A stretch of DNA of 64,000 bases from Bacteroidales bacterium (lineage in GTDB: Bacteria; Bacteroidota; Bacteroidia; Bacteroidales; Paludibacteraceae). Each line of letters begins with the position of its first letter. The stretch's first letter is position 1. The stretch lies in the NCBI GenBank assembly GCA_038249855.1, contig JBBSCW010000001.1:3341-67340 (forward strand). Direction: 5' to 3'. The notes beneath the pieces are model-generated. The model was not told the DNA's origin. It made no database searches and saw nothing but the letters and a program-made list of their open reading frames with translations. The position numbers were made by a program, and so were the translations under genes. Positions 19,905 to 30,232 of this stretch are shown piece by piece.

Positions 19905-21005
19905 ATGAATTCACGCGAAAGAGTATTAAAAGCATTTAAAAAACTACCTGGTCTGCCTGATAGAGTACCATTACAATTCGATTTATGTCGTCAGTTGAGT
20001 GAACATTTTGCCCAAAAGTTAGGTATACCAGCTAAATTTACCGATAATCCTTACGAAGATGTTACTTATCGCATTAGTGCCAATGAAGTACGCTTGGCAT
20101 TGGGGAGTGATGTTGTCGTTACTGGAGCTTCGGTTTCAGATGATTTTAAAATAGAAATAGATGCCAATAAAACCTGGCTCAATGAGTATAAAATGCGAAT
20201 GCGTCAGGGCGATGTTTATGTTGAAGTTATAGAATTTCCACTGGCAAATGCCGAAACCATTGCCGATATTGAAAATTTTGAATTTCCTGATCCTTATGCC
20301 CCCGGAAGATTTCGTGATGCTGAAGCGTTGATTAAAAAATATAAAAACGATTATTTGATTTTCGGAGATATTGAAGTAACAGTATTTTCGCTTGGACAAC
20401 AGCTGGTAGGTATGTCAAAATTACTAGTTGACATGATGCTGGAAGCAGAATATATTATGCCACTTTTCAGAAAATGTGCCGAATATCAGACAAAAATAGG
20501 CTTGCAATTAATTGATAAAGGAGTGGATGCTATTTGGTTTGGCGATGATTTTGGTACACAAAACAGTCTAATTATGTCACCCGAAATCTTCCGCGAACAA
20601 TTGAAACCGTTTTATAAAGAAATGATTGATACATTCAAAAAAGCCAATCCCGACATTATTCTAATTTTACATTGTGATGGTGCTGTGGCGGAATTACTTG
20701 ACGATATTCACGAAATGGGATTTGAGGTGTTCAATCCTGTTCAACCGGGTGTTCCGGGGCATTTACCTAAAGATATGAAAGACCGTTTTGGTGATAAATT
20801 TTCTTTTTGGGGGGCAATTGACCAACAAGACTTGTTGCCATCGGGAACTGATCAAGAGTTAGAAAATGATATCATTGAAAAAATATCGATACTGGGCAAA
20901 GATGGTGGATACATGATTGCCCCTGCTCATATTATTCAAAACGATGTAAAACCCGAAAGAGTTGAGAAATTTATTGAATTGTGTCTAAAACATTCAAAAT
21001 ATTAA
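19905..21005 (+). CDS. Uroporphyrinogen decarboxylase / MtaA-CmuA methyltransferase superfamily protein
   Basis: MNSRERV...PDRVP, GDDFGTQ..LIMSP, LHCDG, NPVQP, FWGAIDQQ, GGYMIAPAH; no signal peptide. Confidence 0.85.
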   Translation: MNSRERVLKAFKKLPGLPDRVPLQFDLCRQLSEHFAQKLGIPAKFTDNPYEDVTYRISANEVRLALGSDVVVTGASVSDDFKIEIDANKTWLNEYKMRMRQGDVYVEVIEFPLANAETIADIENFEFPDPYAPGRFRDAEALIKKYKNDYLIFGDIEVTVFSLGQQLVGMSKLLVDMMLEAEYIMPLFRKCAEYQTKIGLQLIDKGVDAIWFGDDFGTQNSLIMSPEIFREQLKPFYKEMIDTFKKANPDIILILHCDGAVAELLDDIHEMGFEVFNPVQPGVPGHLPKDMKDRFGDKFSFWGAIDQQDLLPSGTDQELENDIIEKISILGKDGGYMIAPAHIIQNDVKPERVEKFIELCLKHSKY

Positions 21006-21086
21006 TTTTCAGCAATATAGAATAAATTTCAAGGAAAAGTCATTGTTATCAATGGTATAAGTACATTAAATTGAGCAACAATTGCT

Positions 21087-21293
21087 ATGTATCCTAAAAA
21101 ATCTGAAGCCTTGAATGAAATGTGGGGGTTATTTCAATCAAAAAATGGAAGCACAAACATTCCGATTATTGATGAAAAACAAGTTTTAGTTGAAGTTTTT
21201 TCAGATTCGATAAATAATACAATAAACGTATTTATATTAGGTTTTGATAATAATAATAATAATACATTAGCAGTATACTATATTTTTGGATAA
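21087..21293 (+). other. Short low-complexity ORF, possibly part of a decayed gene
   Basis: 68 aa with an (AAT)5 microsatellite; the upstream in-frame segment NKFQGKVIVINGIS is separated by a TGA. Confidence 0.25.
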
Positions 21294-21444
21294 TTTTGAT
21301 CATGGAATTTATATACTGAAAGTAAATTCTAAATCAGGGACAGTATCAAAAAAGCTATTTATAAGGTAGTTCTATGGGGTTATGTTACTCCCTAGATAAG
21401 ATAAGATATTTTTTCCTTTTTTGCTCGATTTTTCTATTTCTGAA

Positions 21445-24400
21445 TCAGGAATTGTTCTTTTTATTCACGTCCTTGACATACTCACTTGGAGTCATTTTAA
21501 AACTCTCAGTAAAACACGATGTGAAATATGAAGGAGAATTAAAGCCAACATCATAACATACTTCTGATATGTTTTTACCAGGGATAACTAACAATTCACA
21601 TGCTTTTTTGAGGCGAATATTACGAATAAATTCTCCGGTACTTTGTCCTGTAAGGGCTTTAATCTTACGATGTAAACCCATTCTGCTGATAAATAAATCA
21701 TTGGCGAGTGCATCACCATTGAAATCGGTATCGACCATCTTGTTAATTGTCAATTCTATCGCTTTTTTGAGAAATTGATCATCAAGCGATTTTGAAACAA
21801 TCAAGTGCTTCTGTAGCTTCCCAAATGTGGTTATTTTTGAGAAACGCTCTTTAAATAATTCTCGTTGTTCAATTAACTTATTTACTCTTACCTGCAAATG
21901 TTCAGGATGAAACGGTTTCGAAATGTATGAATCTGCACCAACATTTATACCTTCAATTCTACTCTCAATCGAATCTTTTGCTGTTAACATTATTATAGGG
22001 ATGTGGTCGGTTTCAATGCTCGATTTAAGTTGTTTGCACATCTCTATGCCATCCATTTCTGGCATCATAAGGTCAGTAATTATTAAAGCATACTCATTTT
22101 CACTAACAAGTTTTAATCCAATTACTCCATTCTCAGCTTGGTCAACAAAATATTTTTCTCTTAATATATCAATAATATAGGATCTAATATCTTGATTGTC
22201 TTCTACCAAAAGAATTTTATATAGTTTTTCGTTGGATTCATTTTCTGAAAATCTATTTTTAGGATCAATAGTATTGAAGAGTGTTTCAGGATTTAGTTGC
22301 TGATTCAAAATTGATCTTTCTTCAGATAATTCATTGGCATTATAACCCGATTCATCACTCGGAATAGAAATAGTAAAAACAGTTTTTAGATTTGGAATAC
22401 TTTTAACTCTAATACTTCCATGATGTAATTCAACCAGATTTCTTGTAAGATGCAAACCAATACCCGAACCTACCTGCATACCACTTTTAACTTTTCCCTG
22501 ATAAAATCTCTCGAAGATGTTGTCAATATCTTCTTCTCGAATTCCTATTCCATTATCAGCCACAGCTATTTCGATAAGTTTTTTTCCATTGGTATCTTTT
22601 TCAGAACAAATATTGATATTAATAGAGCCAAAATCAGGTGTGAATTTAAAAGCATTTGAAAGTAAATTAAAAAGTGACTTATCAATGAATTCGGCATCAA
22701 ACCAGGTCATCATTATAGATTCCTCAAACACAAATTCAAGTTGAATATTTTTTTTAACTTTTATTTCTTCGTATGACATTATTATTTCCCTAATAAATGC
22801 TACAATATCTAAGTATTGCACTTTTAAACTCATCTGACCTTTTTCTGCTTTTCTGAAATCGAGTAACTGATTTACCATTAAGAGTAGTCTCTTAGCGTTG
22901 CGCAGCATTAAATTAATCTGTTTGTTTTTTTTCTCATCCACTTCTTGCATTTGTAACTTTTCAAGTGGACCAATTAACAATGTCAGTGGTGTTCTGAACT
23001 CATGTGAAATATTTGTAAAAAATTGAAGTTTTTCTTGATGTAACTCTTCATCTTTCTCCCTTTTTGCCCTTTCAATTTTTAGTGTATTTGTTGTTCTAAT
23101 TCTTAAAGTAAGTAGTTGCCAAGTAAAATATAATGCTGAGACAAATAAAATAAAATAAATTAAATATGCCCACCAGGTTTTCCAGATTGGTGGCTCGACT
23201 ATAATTGAAAGCTTCGAATAATTCTCATCATTCCAAACTCCGTCAGGGCTCGAAGCTTTTACTCTCAACACATAATTCCCAGGTGCCAAATTTCTGAATG
23301 TTACAACATTCTGATTACCCAGGTAATTCCATCGTTTGTCCGATCCTTCCAGAAAATAGGCATATTGTATTTTTTGAGTTGCATTGTAATTAATTCCGAT
23401 AAATTCAATTGAAAATACGGATTGATTATATTTTAGTTCAATCAAATCGGCAATAGTGATATTACTTCTTAATGGAGATTTTAACTTTTTATTGTTCGAT
23501 GGTGTTATAACCTGACCAAAAACTGACAGTTTTGTAAAAATTACTTTTGGACAACGGTCATTCTTTTGCACTTCAAGCGGGTTAAATACATTTATCCCAC
23601 CCAAACCGCCTAAAATAAATCGACCATCTGATAATTTTGTTGCACATCGTTCGGCAAATTCGAAACTCTGAACGCCATCTTGTGAATTGAAGTTTAATAC
23701 CTCTTTTGTCAATAGATTCAATTTTGAGATACCTTTACTTGTACCTAACCAAATACTCCCTTCTTTATCTCTCATCAAAGAACGAATGTAATTGCTTGAC
23801 AATCCATCATTTTCGACGTAACTAATTCTATTTTTTAGTTTTTTATCAAAAAAAATCAGACCCATTCCCTGTGAACCAATCCAAATACTATCCCCATTAA
23901 TTAAGATATCGCTAACGATCAAAGGATTATTTGGTATGGGGTTATTATTTACTGATTTATTTGCCGGATTATATGTGATTACTCCTGCTCCATACGTTCC
24001 AATCCATAATACATTTTCATTATCTTCAGTTATGGATCTTATATCAATTCGTTTCGATAAATTTATTCTTTCTTCAATCTTACCACTTTTTATATTTAAT
24101 TTTACAAGTCCATTGCTTGTACCAATCCATAACTCATTCTTTTTGCTTTCGAACAAACAACGCACATCGTTTGATGGCAAAGAAAACACATCTAACTCAT
24201 TATAAATGTATCCTCGCTCATATTGTCCTTTATTGTTTAGTTTTAAAATGCCATTTTTATAGGTGCCAAGCCATGTATCACCTTGCGAATCGACCAGTAT
24301 TGCCTGAAAAATATATTGTGATACTTTATTATTTATATTAAATTTTACAAAGTCATTAGAATTCATGTTCATTTTGTACAAGCCCATACCATTTGTCCCA

Positions 24401-25536
24401 ATTAGTAGTTCATCCTGTTTGTATTTACAAACTGAAATTACTGGAGATTTAGGTAATGTATTTATTTCTTCGGCTTGGTGCTTGAATAACTTGAATTTTG
24501 GAGTAGTACCCTGCATCATATTCAATCCACCCCAAACGGTACCGATCCAAACATTATTATCACGGTCGAAAAGTAATGAGCTAAGGGAGAAGCTGTTTAA
24601 TTTCGAGTTTGACTCGCCTTCGCTATATGATTGAAATGGGAATTTTTCTTTTAATGAAAACGATCTTACCGAGAAATTCACTAAAAGCATTTCACCACCC
24701 AACCAAATATTCCCATCCTTATCTTCATTTATTATACTAATTGATGTGTTGCTTAAACCTAAAGGATAAGTCACTAAATCAAATAGGTTTGTAGTTTCAT
24801 TATAAATATAACAACCATTTGAAGTTCCAATCCATATTCTACGGAAACTATCCTGAAATATTATTCTGATAAATTCACTGTTATTATTCAGGTTAAAATG
24901 TTCAATTGTCTTTTTTGAGAGATTGTAACGATAAATTCCATTATGTTGTGTTCCAATCCATAATCGTTTATTGTCATCTTCTAATATATTCATCACATTT
25001 AAAGTCGCTTCAAGCGGTTTAACTACCGGAAGGATTAACCTGTTAAAAGTTTTTTTATTCCAATCAAAAAAATGTACACCGTTTCCGTATGTTCCTATCC
25101 AAATTTTTTGATTATCTGGACTCATACGCATGAAAGTAATATCATTGTAAATTAACTTTAATGGTGTGGTGTTATCTTTTACAATAATTATACTGTCCGA
25201 AGAATAATCATATATATTTAATCCATTGGAAGTTCCTGCCCAAATGTTGCCATCAGGTGCGAGTAAAAGTGCCTGAGTGCGATTGTTAGACATTAAATAC
25301 CGTCCTTTTTTTGTAGAAAATAAGGTGAAATTCTTACCATCAAATTTATTCAAGCCTTCTTCAGTTCCTATCCAAATAAAACCTTGGTTGTCTTGTATCA
25401 ACCTGTAAATATAATTACTTGAAAGACCTTGTTCAGTAGTATATTTTCGAATCAATTTTGAGCCATTCTTCTGCCCAAAAAGATTTAATGAAAAAATAAC
25501 AATTAATACTAGAAAAAATATTTTTATATTGTTCAT
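21445..25536 (-). CDS. Hybrid two-component system sensor kinase/response regulator (HTCS)
   Basis: Reg_prop propeller repeats (IWIGT), Y_Y_Y domain, TM helix PPIWKTWWAY, HisKA FFTNISHEFRTPLTL, HATPase GSGIGL, REC DLMMPEMDG, AraC HTH VGFNSPSYF. Confidence 0.97.
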   Translation of the reverse strand: MNNIKIFFLVLIVIFSLNLFGQKNGSKLIRKYTTEQGLSSNYIYRLIQDNQGFIWIGTEEGLNKFDGKNFTLFSTKKGRYLMSNNRTQALLLAPDGNIWAGTSNGLNIYDYSSDSIIIVKDNTTPLKLIYNDITFMRMSPDNQKIWIGTYGNGVHFFDWNKKTFNRLILPVVKPLEATLNVMNILEDDNKRLWIGTQHNGIYRYNLSKKTIEHFNLNNNSEFIRIIFQDSFRRIWIGTSNGCYIYNETTNLFDLVTYPLGLSNTSISIINEDKDGNIWLGGEMLLVNFSVRSFSLKEKFPFQSYSEGESNSKLNSFSLSSLLFDRDNNVWIGTVWGGLNMMQGTTPKFKLFKHQAEEINTLPKSPVISVCKYKQDELLIGTNGMGLYKMNMNSNDFVKFNINNKVSQYIFQAILVDSQGDTWLGTYKNGILKLNNKGQYERGYIYNELDVFSLPSNDVRCLFESKKNELWIGTSNGLVKLNIKSGKIEERINLSKRIDIRSITEDNENVLWIGTYGAGVITYNPANKSVNNNPIPNNPLIVSDILINGDSIWIGSQGMGLIFFDKKLKNRISYVENDGLSSNYIRSLMRDKEGSIWLGTSKGISKLNLLTKEVLNFNSQDGVQSFEFAERCATKLSDGRFILGGLGGINVFNPLEVQKNDRCPKVIFTKLSVFGQVITPSNNKKLKSPLRSNITIADLIELKYNQSVFSIEFIGINYNATQKIQYAYFLEGSDKRWNYLGNQNVVTFRNLAPGNYVLRVKASSPDGVWNDENYSKLSIIVEPPIWKTWWAYLIYFILFVSALYFTWQLLTLRIRTTNTLKIERAKREKDEELHQEKLQFFTNISHEFRTPLTLLIGPLEKLQMQEVDEKKNKQINLMLRNAKRLLLMVNQLLDFRKAEKGQMSLKVQYLDIVAFIREIIMSYEEIKVKKNIQLEFVFEESIMMTWFDAEFIDKSLFNLLSNAFKFTPDFGSININICSEKDTNGKKLIEIAVADNGIGIREEDIDNIFERFYQGKVKSGMQVGSGIGLHLTRNLVELHHGSIRVKSIPNLKTVFTISIPSDESGYNANELSEERSILNQQLNPETLFNTIDPKNRFSENESNEKLYKILLVEDNQDIRSYIIDILREKYFVDQAENGVIGLKLVSENEYALIITDLMMPEMDGIEMCKQLKSSIETDHIPIIMLTAKDSIESRIEGINVGADSYISKPFHPEHLQVRVNKLIEQRELFKERFSKITTFGKLQKHLIVSKSLDDQFLKKAIELTINKMVDTDFNGDALANDLFISRMGLHRKIKALTGQSTGEFIRNIRLKKACELLVIPGKNISEVCYDVGFNSPSYFTSCFTESFKMTPSEYVKDVNKKNNS

Positions 25537-25647
25537 TGTATTTTAAATTTTTTTATTCAAAAATGAAAGACAAAGGAAACGAATTAAGACCAATTATTCT
25601 ATTCTTTTTTCAAAATATTTCAATGTTTAGTATTATAGTGACCAAAA

Positions 25648-25712
25648 GTTACAATAGTGATAGTATATTATAAAATAGATAAAGTATTTGCATTACATTA
25701 ATGCGATATTTG
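25648..25712 (+). promoter_or_regulatory. Third copy of GTTACAATAGTGATA plus -7-like box GATATTTG in the HTCS/GH2 divergent region
   Basis: Exact 15-mer match to 1704-1718; GATATTTG at 25705, again 57 bp downstream. Confidence 0.6.
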
Positions 25713-25799
25713 CATTTGAAATTTAGACAGGGATCTAACAACATAAATGTTGGATTGATATTTTTAATAAATTCACAAACTAACATACTGTTGTATCAA

Positions 25800-28223
25800 A
25801 TGAAAAAATGTAAAATTACGGGTATTGTTTTTTTTGTTGTTCTTTTTCAATTGCCACTAATTGCACAAGTTTCTTTTGGAGAATCAACCAAAATAAATGA
25901 AGAATGGTTATTTAAAAATAATGAGGCAAAAGATGAATTCAGTTCAAAAGCCGAATTAGAAAACTGGCGAAAGGTAGATCTTCCACATGATTGGAGTGTT
26001 GAAGGAATTCATAGTCCCGATTTGGCTAGTTGTACGGGTTATTTACCAGGAGGTATTGGTTGGTACAAAAAAACAATTTCTATTCCGGTTTCAGATTTAG
26101 GAAAGCAGATATACATTTATTTCGGTGGCGTTTATTGTAATAGTGAAGTGTGGATCAACAATCATTTGCTTGGTAAACGCCCCAATGGCTATGTCTCATT
26201 TTTATATGACATGACTTCGCACATTAACTACGGTGGCGAAAATACTATTTTAGTGAAAGTGGACCATTCAAAATCAGCCGATTCACGCTGGTATACTGGT
26301 TCTGGGATTTATCGGGATGTTTATTTAGTCAAAGCAAATCCTGTTCATATTGATTTATGGGGGGTGGCCTGTTCGGCAGAGAAAATTACTTCAAAAAGTG
26401 CTGTTTTGACTGTAAATACCATCATTAAAAATTCAACAAAAAAAGAAGTATTAAATACTATAATTCAGGATGTCACTTTGAAAGGTAATAACAAAACGAT
26501 TACTTCGACTAAGAAAAATATCAAAATTGCAGCTGGCACATCACAGTTAGTTACACAAAAAATGGACATTGTAAATCCAAAAATTTGGTCTTTAAATAAT
26601 CCGAATCTCTACGAAGTTCATACAACAGTAATTCAAAATAATAAGAAAATTGACCAAAACACCCTCCAAACAGGGATAAGAAACGTAGTTTTTGATGCGG
26701 ATAAAGGTTTGTTTCTAAATGGAGAGAGTATGAAACTGAAAGGTGTTTGTATTCACCATGATGCTGGAGCTTTGGGCTCTGCCGTACCAAAACAAGTCTG
26801 GGAGCGTAGATTGAAGGAACTAAAAAACCTGGGTTGTAATGCCATCAGAACAAGTCATAACCCACAGGATGATGCAGTATACGATATTTGTGATGAAATT
26901 GGGTTGCTAGTTATGGATGAGGCTTTTGATGAATGGGAGTTTCCAAAAAGAAAATGGCTCGATGGTTGGAATGTTGGAGTGCCAGGTTATCAGGGATATG
27001 CAGAGTATTTTAACGAATGGGGCGAAAGAGACATCGCCGATATGGTGAGAAAACATAAAAATCATCCTTCCATCATCATGTGGAGTATTGGAAATGAAGT
27101 TGATTATCCGAACGATCCCTATTCTCATCAAATTTTAGATAAAGAAGGAATTGATCAAAAAGCAGTTATAGGATATAAACCAACTCAACCCGATGCAAGC
27201 AGATTAAGTGTTATTGCCAAAAAATTAGTTGATTGTGTTCGTAAAGTAGATAATTCTCGTCCGGTTACTGGAGCTTTAGCAGGAGTGATTATGTCAAATC
27301 ATACCGATTATCCATTTTTATTAGATGTTACAGGCTATAATTATACCGAAAGTAGATACAAAATGGATCACGAAAAATATCCGAAAAGAGTGCTTTATGG
27401 TAGCGAAACTCGCCATGAATTAAAATATTGGGAATCAGTAAAAAACAACGATTTTGTTGCAGGACAATTTTTATGGACAGGTATCGATTATCTGGGTGAA
27501 GCAGGTGCCTGGCCATCAAGAGGTTTTGGAACTGGCTTACTTGATTTGGCTGGAAATATAAAACCCTTGGGATATTATCGTCAGAGTCTTTGGTCGGAAA
27601 AACCAATGGTATATATAGCCACGATACCCGAAAAAGAAAATGACTTTCTGTATGGGCTTCAAAATAAATGGAATTATTTGACAGGCGAAATGCTAAAAGT
27701 AGCTTGTTTTACGAATTGTGAAACTGTAGTTTTGAAACTCAATGACAAAGTGATAGAATCGAGACCTCAGATCGATAAAAATACGGGAGCTCAATATTGG
27801 ACAATTCCATTCGAAACAGGAAAGCTATCGGCAACAGCATATAACAATGGAAAAGAACTTGCTTCCTATAAAATTGTCACATCAGAAAGACCCCAAAAAC
27901 TTCTATCCAAATCAGACATTCAATCTTTTAAAGGCAAAGGTGATGTTGCTCAAATTGAAATTCAAGTCGTTGACAAATCTGGCATCCCTGTATATGTTTC
28001 TGACAATATGATTACATTCAAAATTAATGGTCCAGCTAAGTTATTGGGTATCGAAAATGGCGATATGTCGGATATGGTAAGTCATAAAACCAATTACCTC
28101 AGGGTTTTCAAAGGTAAGTTAATTGCATATATCGAATGTACCGAGGACAAAGGTTCAGTAGAGGTGAATTTTGAATCGAATTGGTTGTCATCTACTAAAA
28201 TAAAAATTGACATTTCGAAATAA
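25800..28223 (+). CDS. GH2 beta-galactosidase-type glycosidase
   Basis: Start moved to MKKCKIT (signal peptide); LPHDWS, SRWYTGSGIYRDV, GCNAIRTSHNP, WSIGNE, WTGIDYLGE. Confidence 0.92.
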   Translation: MKKCKITGIVFFVVLFQLPLIAQVSFGESTKINEEWLFKNNEAKDEFSSKAELENWRKVDLPHDWSVEGIHSPDLASCTGYLPGGIGWYKKTISIPVSDLGKQIYIYFGGVYCNSEVWINNHLLGKRPNGYVSFLYDMTSHINYGGENTILVKVDHSKSADSRWYTGSGIYRDVYLVKANPVHIDLWGVACSAEKITSKSAVLTVNTIIKNSTKKEVLNTIIQDVTLKGNNKTITSTKKNIKIAAGTSQLVTQKMDIVNPKIWSLNNPNLYEVHTTVIQNNKKIDQNTLQTGIRNVVFDADKGLFLNGESMKLKGVCIHHDAGALGSAVPKQVWERRLKELKNLGCNAIRTSHNPQDDAVYDICDEIGLLVMDEAFDEWEFPKRKWLDGWNVGVPGYQGYAEYFNEWGERDIADMVRKHKNHPSIIMWSIGNEVDYPNDPYSHQILDKEGIDQKAVIGYKPTQPDASRLSVIAKKLVDCVRKVDNSRPVTGALAGVIMSNHTDYPFLLDVTGYNYTESRYKMDHEKYPKRVLYGSETRHELKYWESVKNNDFVAGQFLWTGIDYLGEAGAWPSRGFGTGLLDLAGNIKPLGYYRQSLWSEKPMVYIATIPEKENDFLYGLQNKWNYLTGEMLKVACFTNCETVVLKLNDKVIESRPQIDKNTGAQYWTIPFETGKLSATAYNNGKELASYKIVTSERPQKLLSKSDIQSFKGKGDVAQIEIQVVDKSGIPVYVSDNMITFKINGPAKLLGIENGDMSDMVSHKTNYLRVFKGKLIAYIECTEDKGSVEVNFESNWLSSTKIKIDISK

Positions 28224-28263
28224 AAATTGAATTGACTCTAAAAACATACTTAAATATACAAAA

Positions 28264-29892
28264 ATGCACGCTAAAATTTTGTTCTACTTCAAATCAGTAA
28301 TCATTCTGGTTTTACTTTTTAAAACTACCACTATTTATTCCATTGAATTGGGATTAGGTAATGATAAACCGTCGAAACCAAATGTAAGTTTATTTGTCAT
28401 CGATACAAATAAACCACAGCAAACAATTTCAAATTTTAGTGCATCGGATGGATGGAGTATGCAGTTTATAGGGTTGTGGCCTAAAGAAAAGCAAGAAAAA
28501 ATGGCTGATTGGCTTTTCAGCACAGAAAATGACAAAACTGGAAAACCGAAAGGAATTGGGCTTTCGTTGTGGCGGTTTAATATTGGAGCTGGAAGTGCCG
28601 AGCAAGGTGAAAAAAGTGAAATTGGTAGTGTTTGGACACGATCAGAATGTTTTTTAAATCCTGATGGTTCTTACGATTGGAACAAACAACTTGGACAACG
28701 CAATTTTATGCAATTGGCAAAACAACGTGGCGTCGATCAATTTCTTGGTTTTATACTCTCACCACCAGTATATTGGACTCAAAATGGTTTGGCAACTAAT
28801 ACAGGACGCGGTGCAACTTTTAATATTAAAGAAGATAAATATCCTAATTTTGCTCGTTTTATGGCTGATGTTATTGAAGGAATTAAAAAGAAAGATGGAA
28901 TTCAGCTGAATTATATTTGTCCGTTCAACGAACCGGATGGGCACTGGAATTGGGTTGGTCCTAAACAAGAAGGAACGGCAGCAACAAATGCAGAAATTGC
29001 AAAAACAGTACGACTTACAGGAAATGAATTCTCCAATAGAAAAATAAATACCAAGATTTTAGTTTCTGAATCTTTCGATTACAATTGTATGTATCAAACT
29101 CACGAATACACAAAACCTAACCGTGGTTTTCAGATTCAGTCATTTTTTACACCTGACAGTACAAATACTTATATTGGAAATGTGCCAAATGTGCCACGCC
29201 TAATGGCTGCTCATAGTTATTGGACTAATACTCCTATAAGTGATTTGAAAAAAAAGCGATTGGAGTTAGGGGCTCAGTTGAAACGAAATAATGTGGATTT
29301 CTGGCAAACAGAACTTTGTATTATGGGAAATGATAAAGAAATTGGCGGTGGCGGAGGAATTGATTTAACCATGAAAACTGCTTTATATGTAGCACGAATT
29401 ATTCATAATGACTTGGTTTATGCCAATGCATCAGCCTGGCAATGGTGGCGTTCGGTGGCGACTAGCAATTATAAAGATGGACTTATTTATACTCAACCCG
29501 ATAAATCATTGGTTGATGGAACTTTTACCGATTCAAAATTAATGTGGGCATTAGGTAATTACAGTCGTTTTATTCGTCCTAATGCAGTCCGTTTAGGTAT
29601 AAGAGCATACAATAATGATGATAAAATTGTAATTGAAGGTGATACAGACCCGTATTCCCTTATGATTTCAGCTTACCGGAACATAGATAAAACTTTGGTA
29701 GCAATAGTTGTTAACTATAGTAATAGTGAAAGAACAATCTATCTGAATGTTAACGGTAATAGGCCGGCTAAATGGATTCCTTATTTTACCAATGACGATC
29801 TTGATGCTAATTTAAAACCGCTTGCTAAAATAAAATACGGGTCGAAAATAAGCATTCCAAGTCGTTCTATTATTACCTTTGTAGGCTTATAA
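28264..29892 (+). CDS. GH30 glycoside hydrolase (no T9SS tail)
   Basis: FSASDGW, GLSLWRFNIGAGS, PFNEP, KQEG, HSYW, WQTE, YSRFIRP. Confidence 0.85.
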   Translation: MHAKILFYFKSVIILVLLFKTTTIYSIELGLGNDKPSKPNVSLFVIDTNKPQQTISNFSASDGWSMQFIGLWPKEKQEKMADWLFSTENDKTGKPKGIGLSLWRFNIGAGSAEQGEKSEIGSVWTRSECFLNPDGSYDWNKQLGQRNFMQLAKQRGVDQFLGFILSPPVYWTQNGLATNTGRGATFNIKEDKYPNFARFMADVIEGIKKKDGIQLNYICPFNEPDGHWNWVGPKQEGTAATNAEIAKTVRLTGNEFSNRKINTKILVSESFDYNCMYQTHEYTKPNRGFQIQSFFTPDSTNTYIGNVPNVPRLMAAHSYWTNTPISDLKKKRLELGAQLKRNNVDFWQTELCIMGNDKEIGGGGGIDLTMKTALYVARIIHNDLVYANASAWQWWRSVATSNYKDGLIYTQPDKSLVDGTFTDSKLMWALGNYSRFIRPNAVRLGIRAYNNDDKIVIEGDTDPYSLMISAYRNIDKTLVAIVVNYSNSERTIYLNVNGNRPAKWIPYFTNDDLDANLKPLAKIKYGSKISIPSRSIITFVGL

Positions 29893-29895
29893 ACT

Positions 29896-30144
29896 ATGAA
29901 AACATCACTAATAATAGCATTTATAGCTTTTTCCATGGCAATTATGGGACAATTACCATCAAATGTTCATCCCTCACTTTTGATTTTGCAAGGTGATGAA
30001 AAGTTGATTAAGCTGGTAATCAAAAAATCTCCGGAGTTGAAAATTATCCACTCAATAATTCTGCATCAATCTGATTATTTGTTAGATAAACCTTGCCCCA
30101 AATCCGGGCACTTATCTGGTTGGATTCGAAACTTCATTGAATGA
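29896..30144 (+). pseudogene. Truncated N-terminus resembling heparinase II/III-family (lyase-like) proteins
   Basis: Signal peptide then HPSLLILQGDEKLIK...IHSIILHQSDYLLDKP, like the HPRLL N-terminal region of that family; only 82 aa. Confidence 0.45.
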
Positions 30145-30232
30145 AAACCATAAAACAGTATTGTACGTTTCACTTCTAACAAAGAAATAAATTTATTTGA
30201 TTCAAACAAATTAAAAACAATATTTATAAATT

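Noticed and set aside
19905-21005. Calling the URO-D-like gene hemE
   Set aside because: Lacks the HemE RQAGR motif, has an HxC metal motif and sits among sugar genes.
25701-25799. Long N-terminal extension of GH2
   Set aside because: Overlaps the predicted promoter; the signal peptide begins at 25800.
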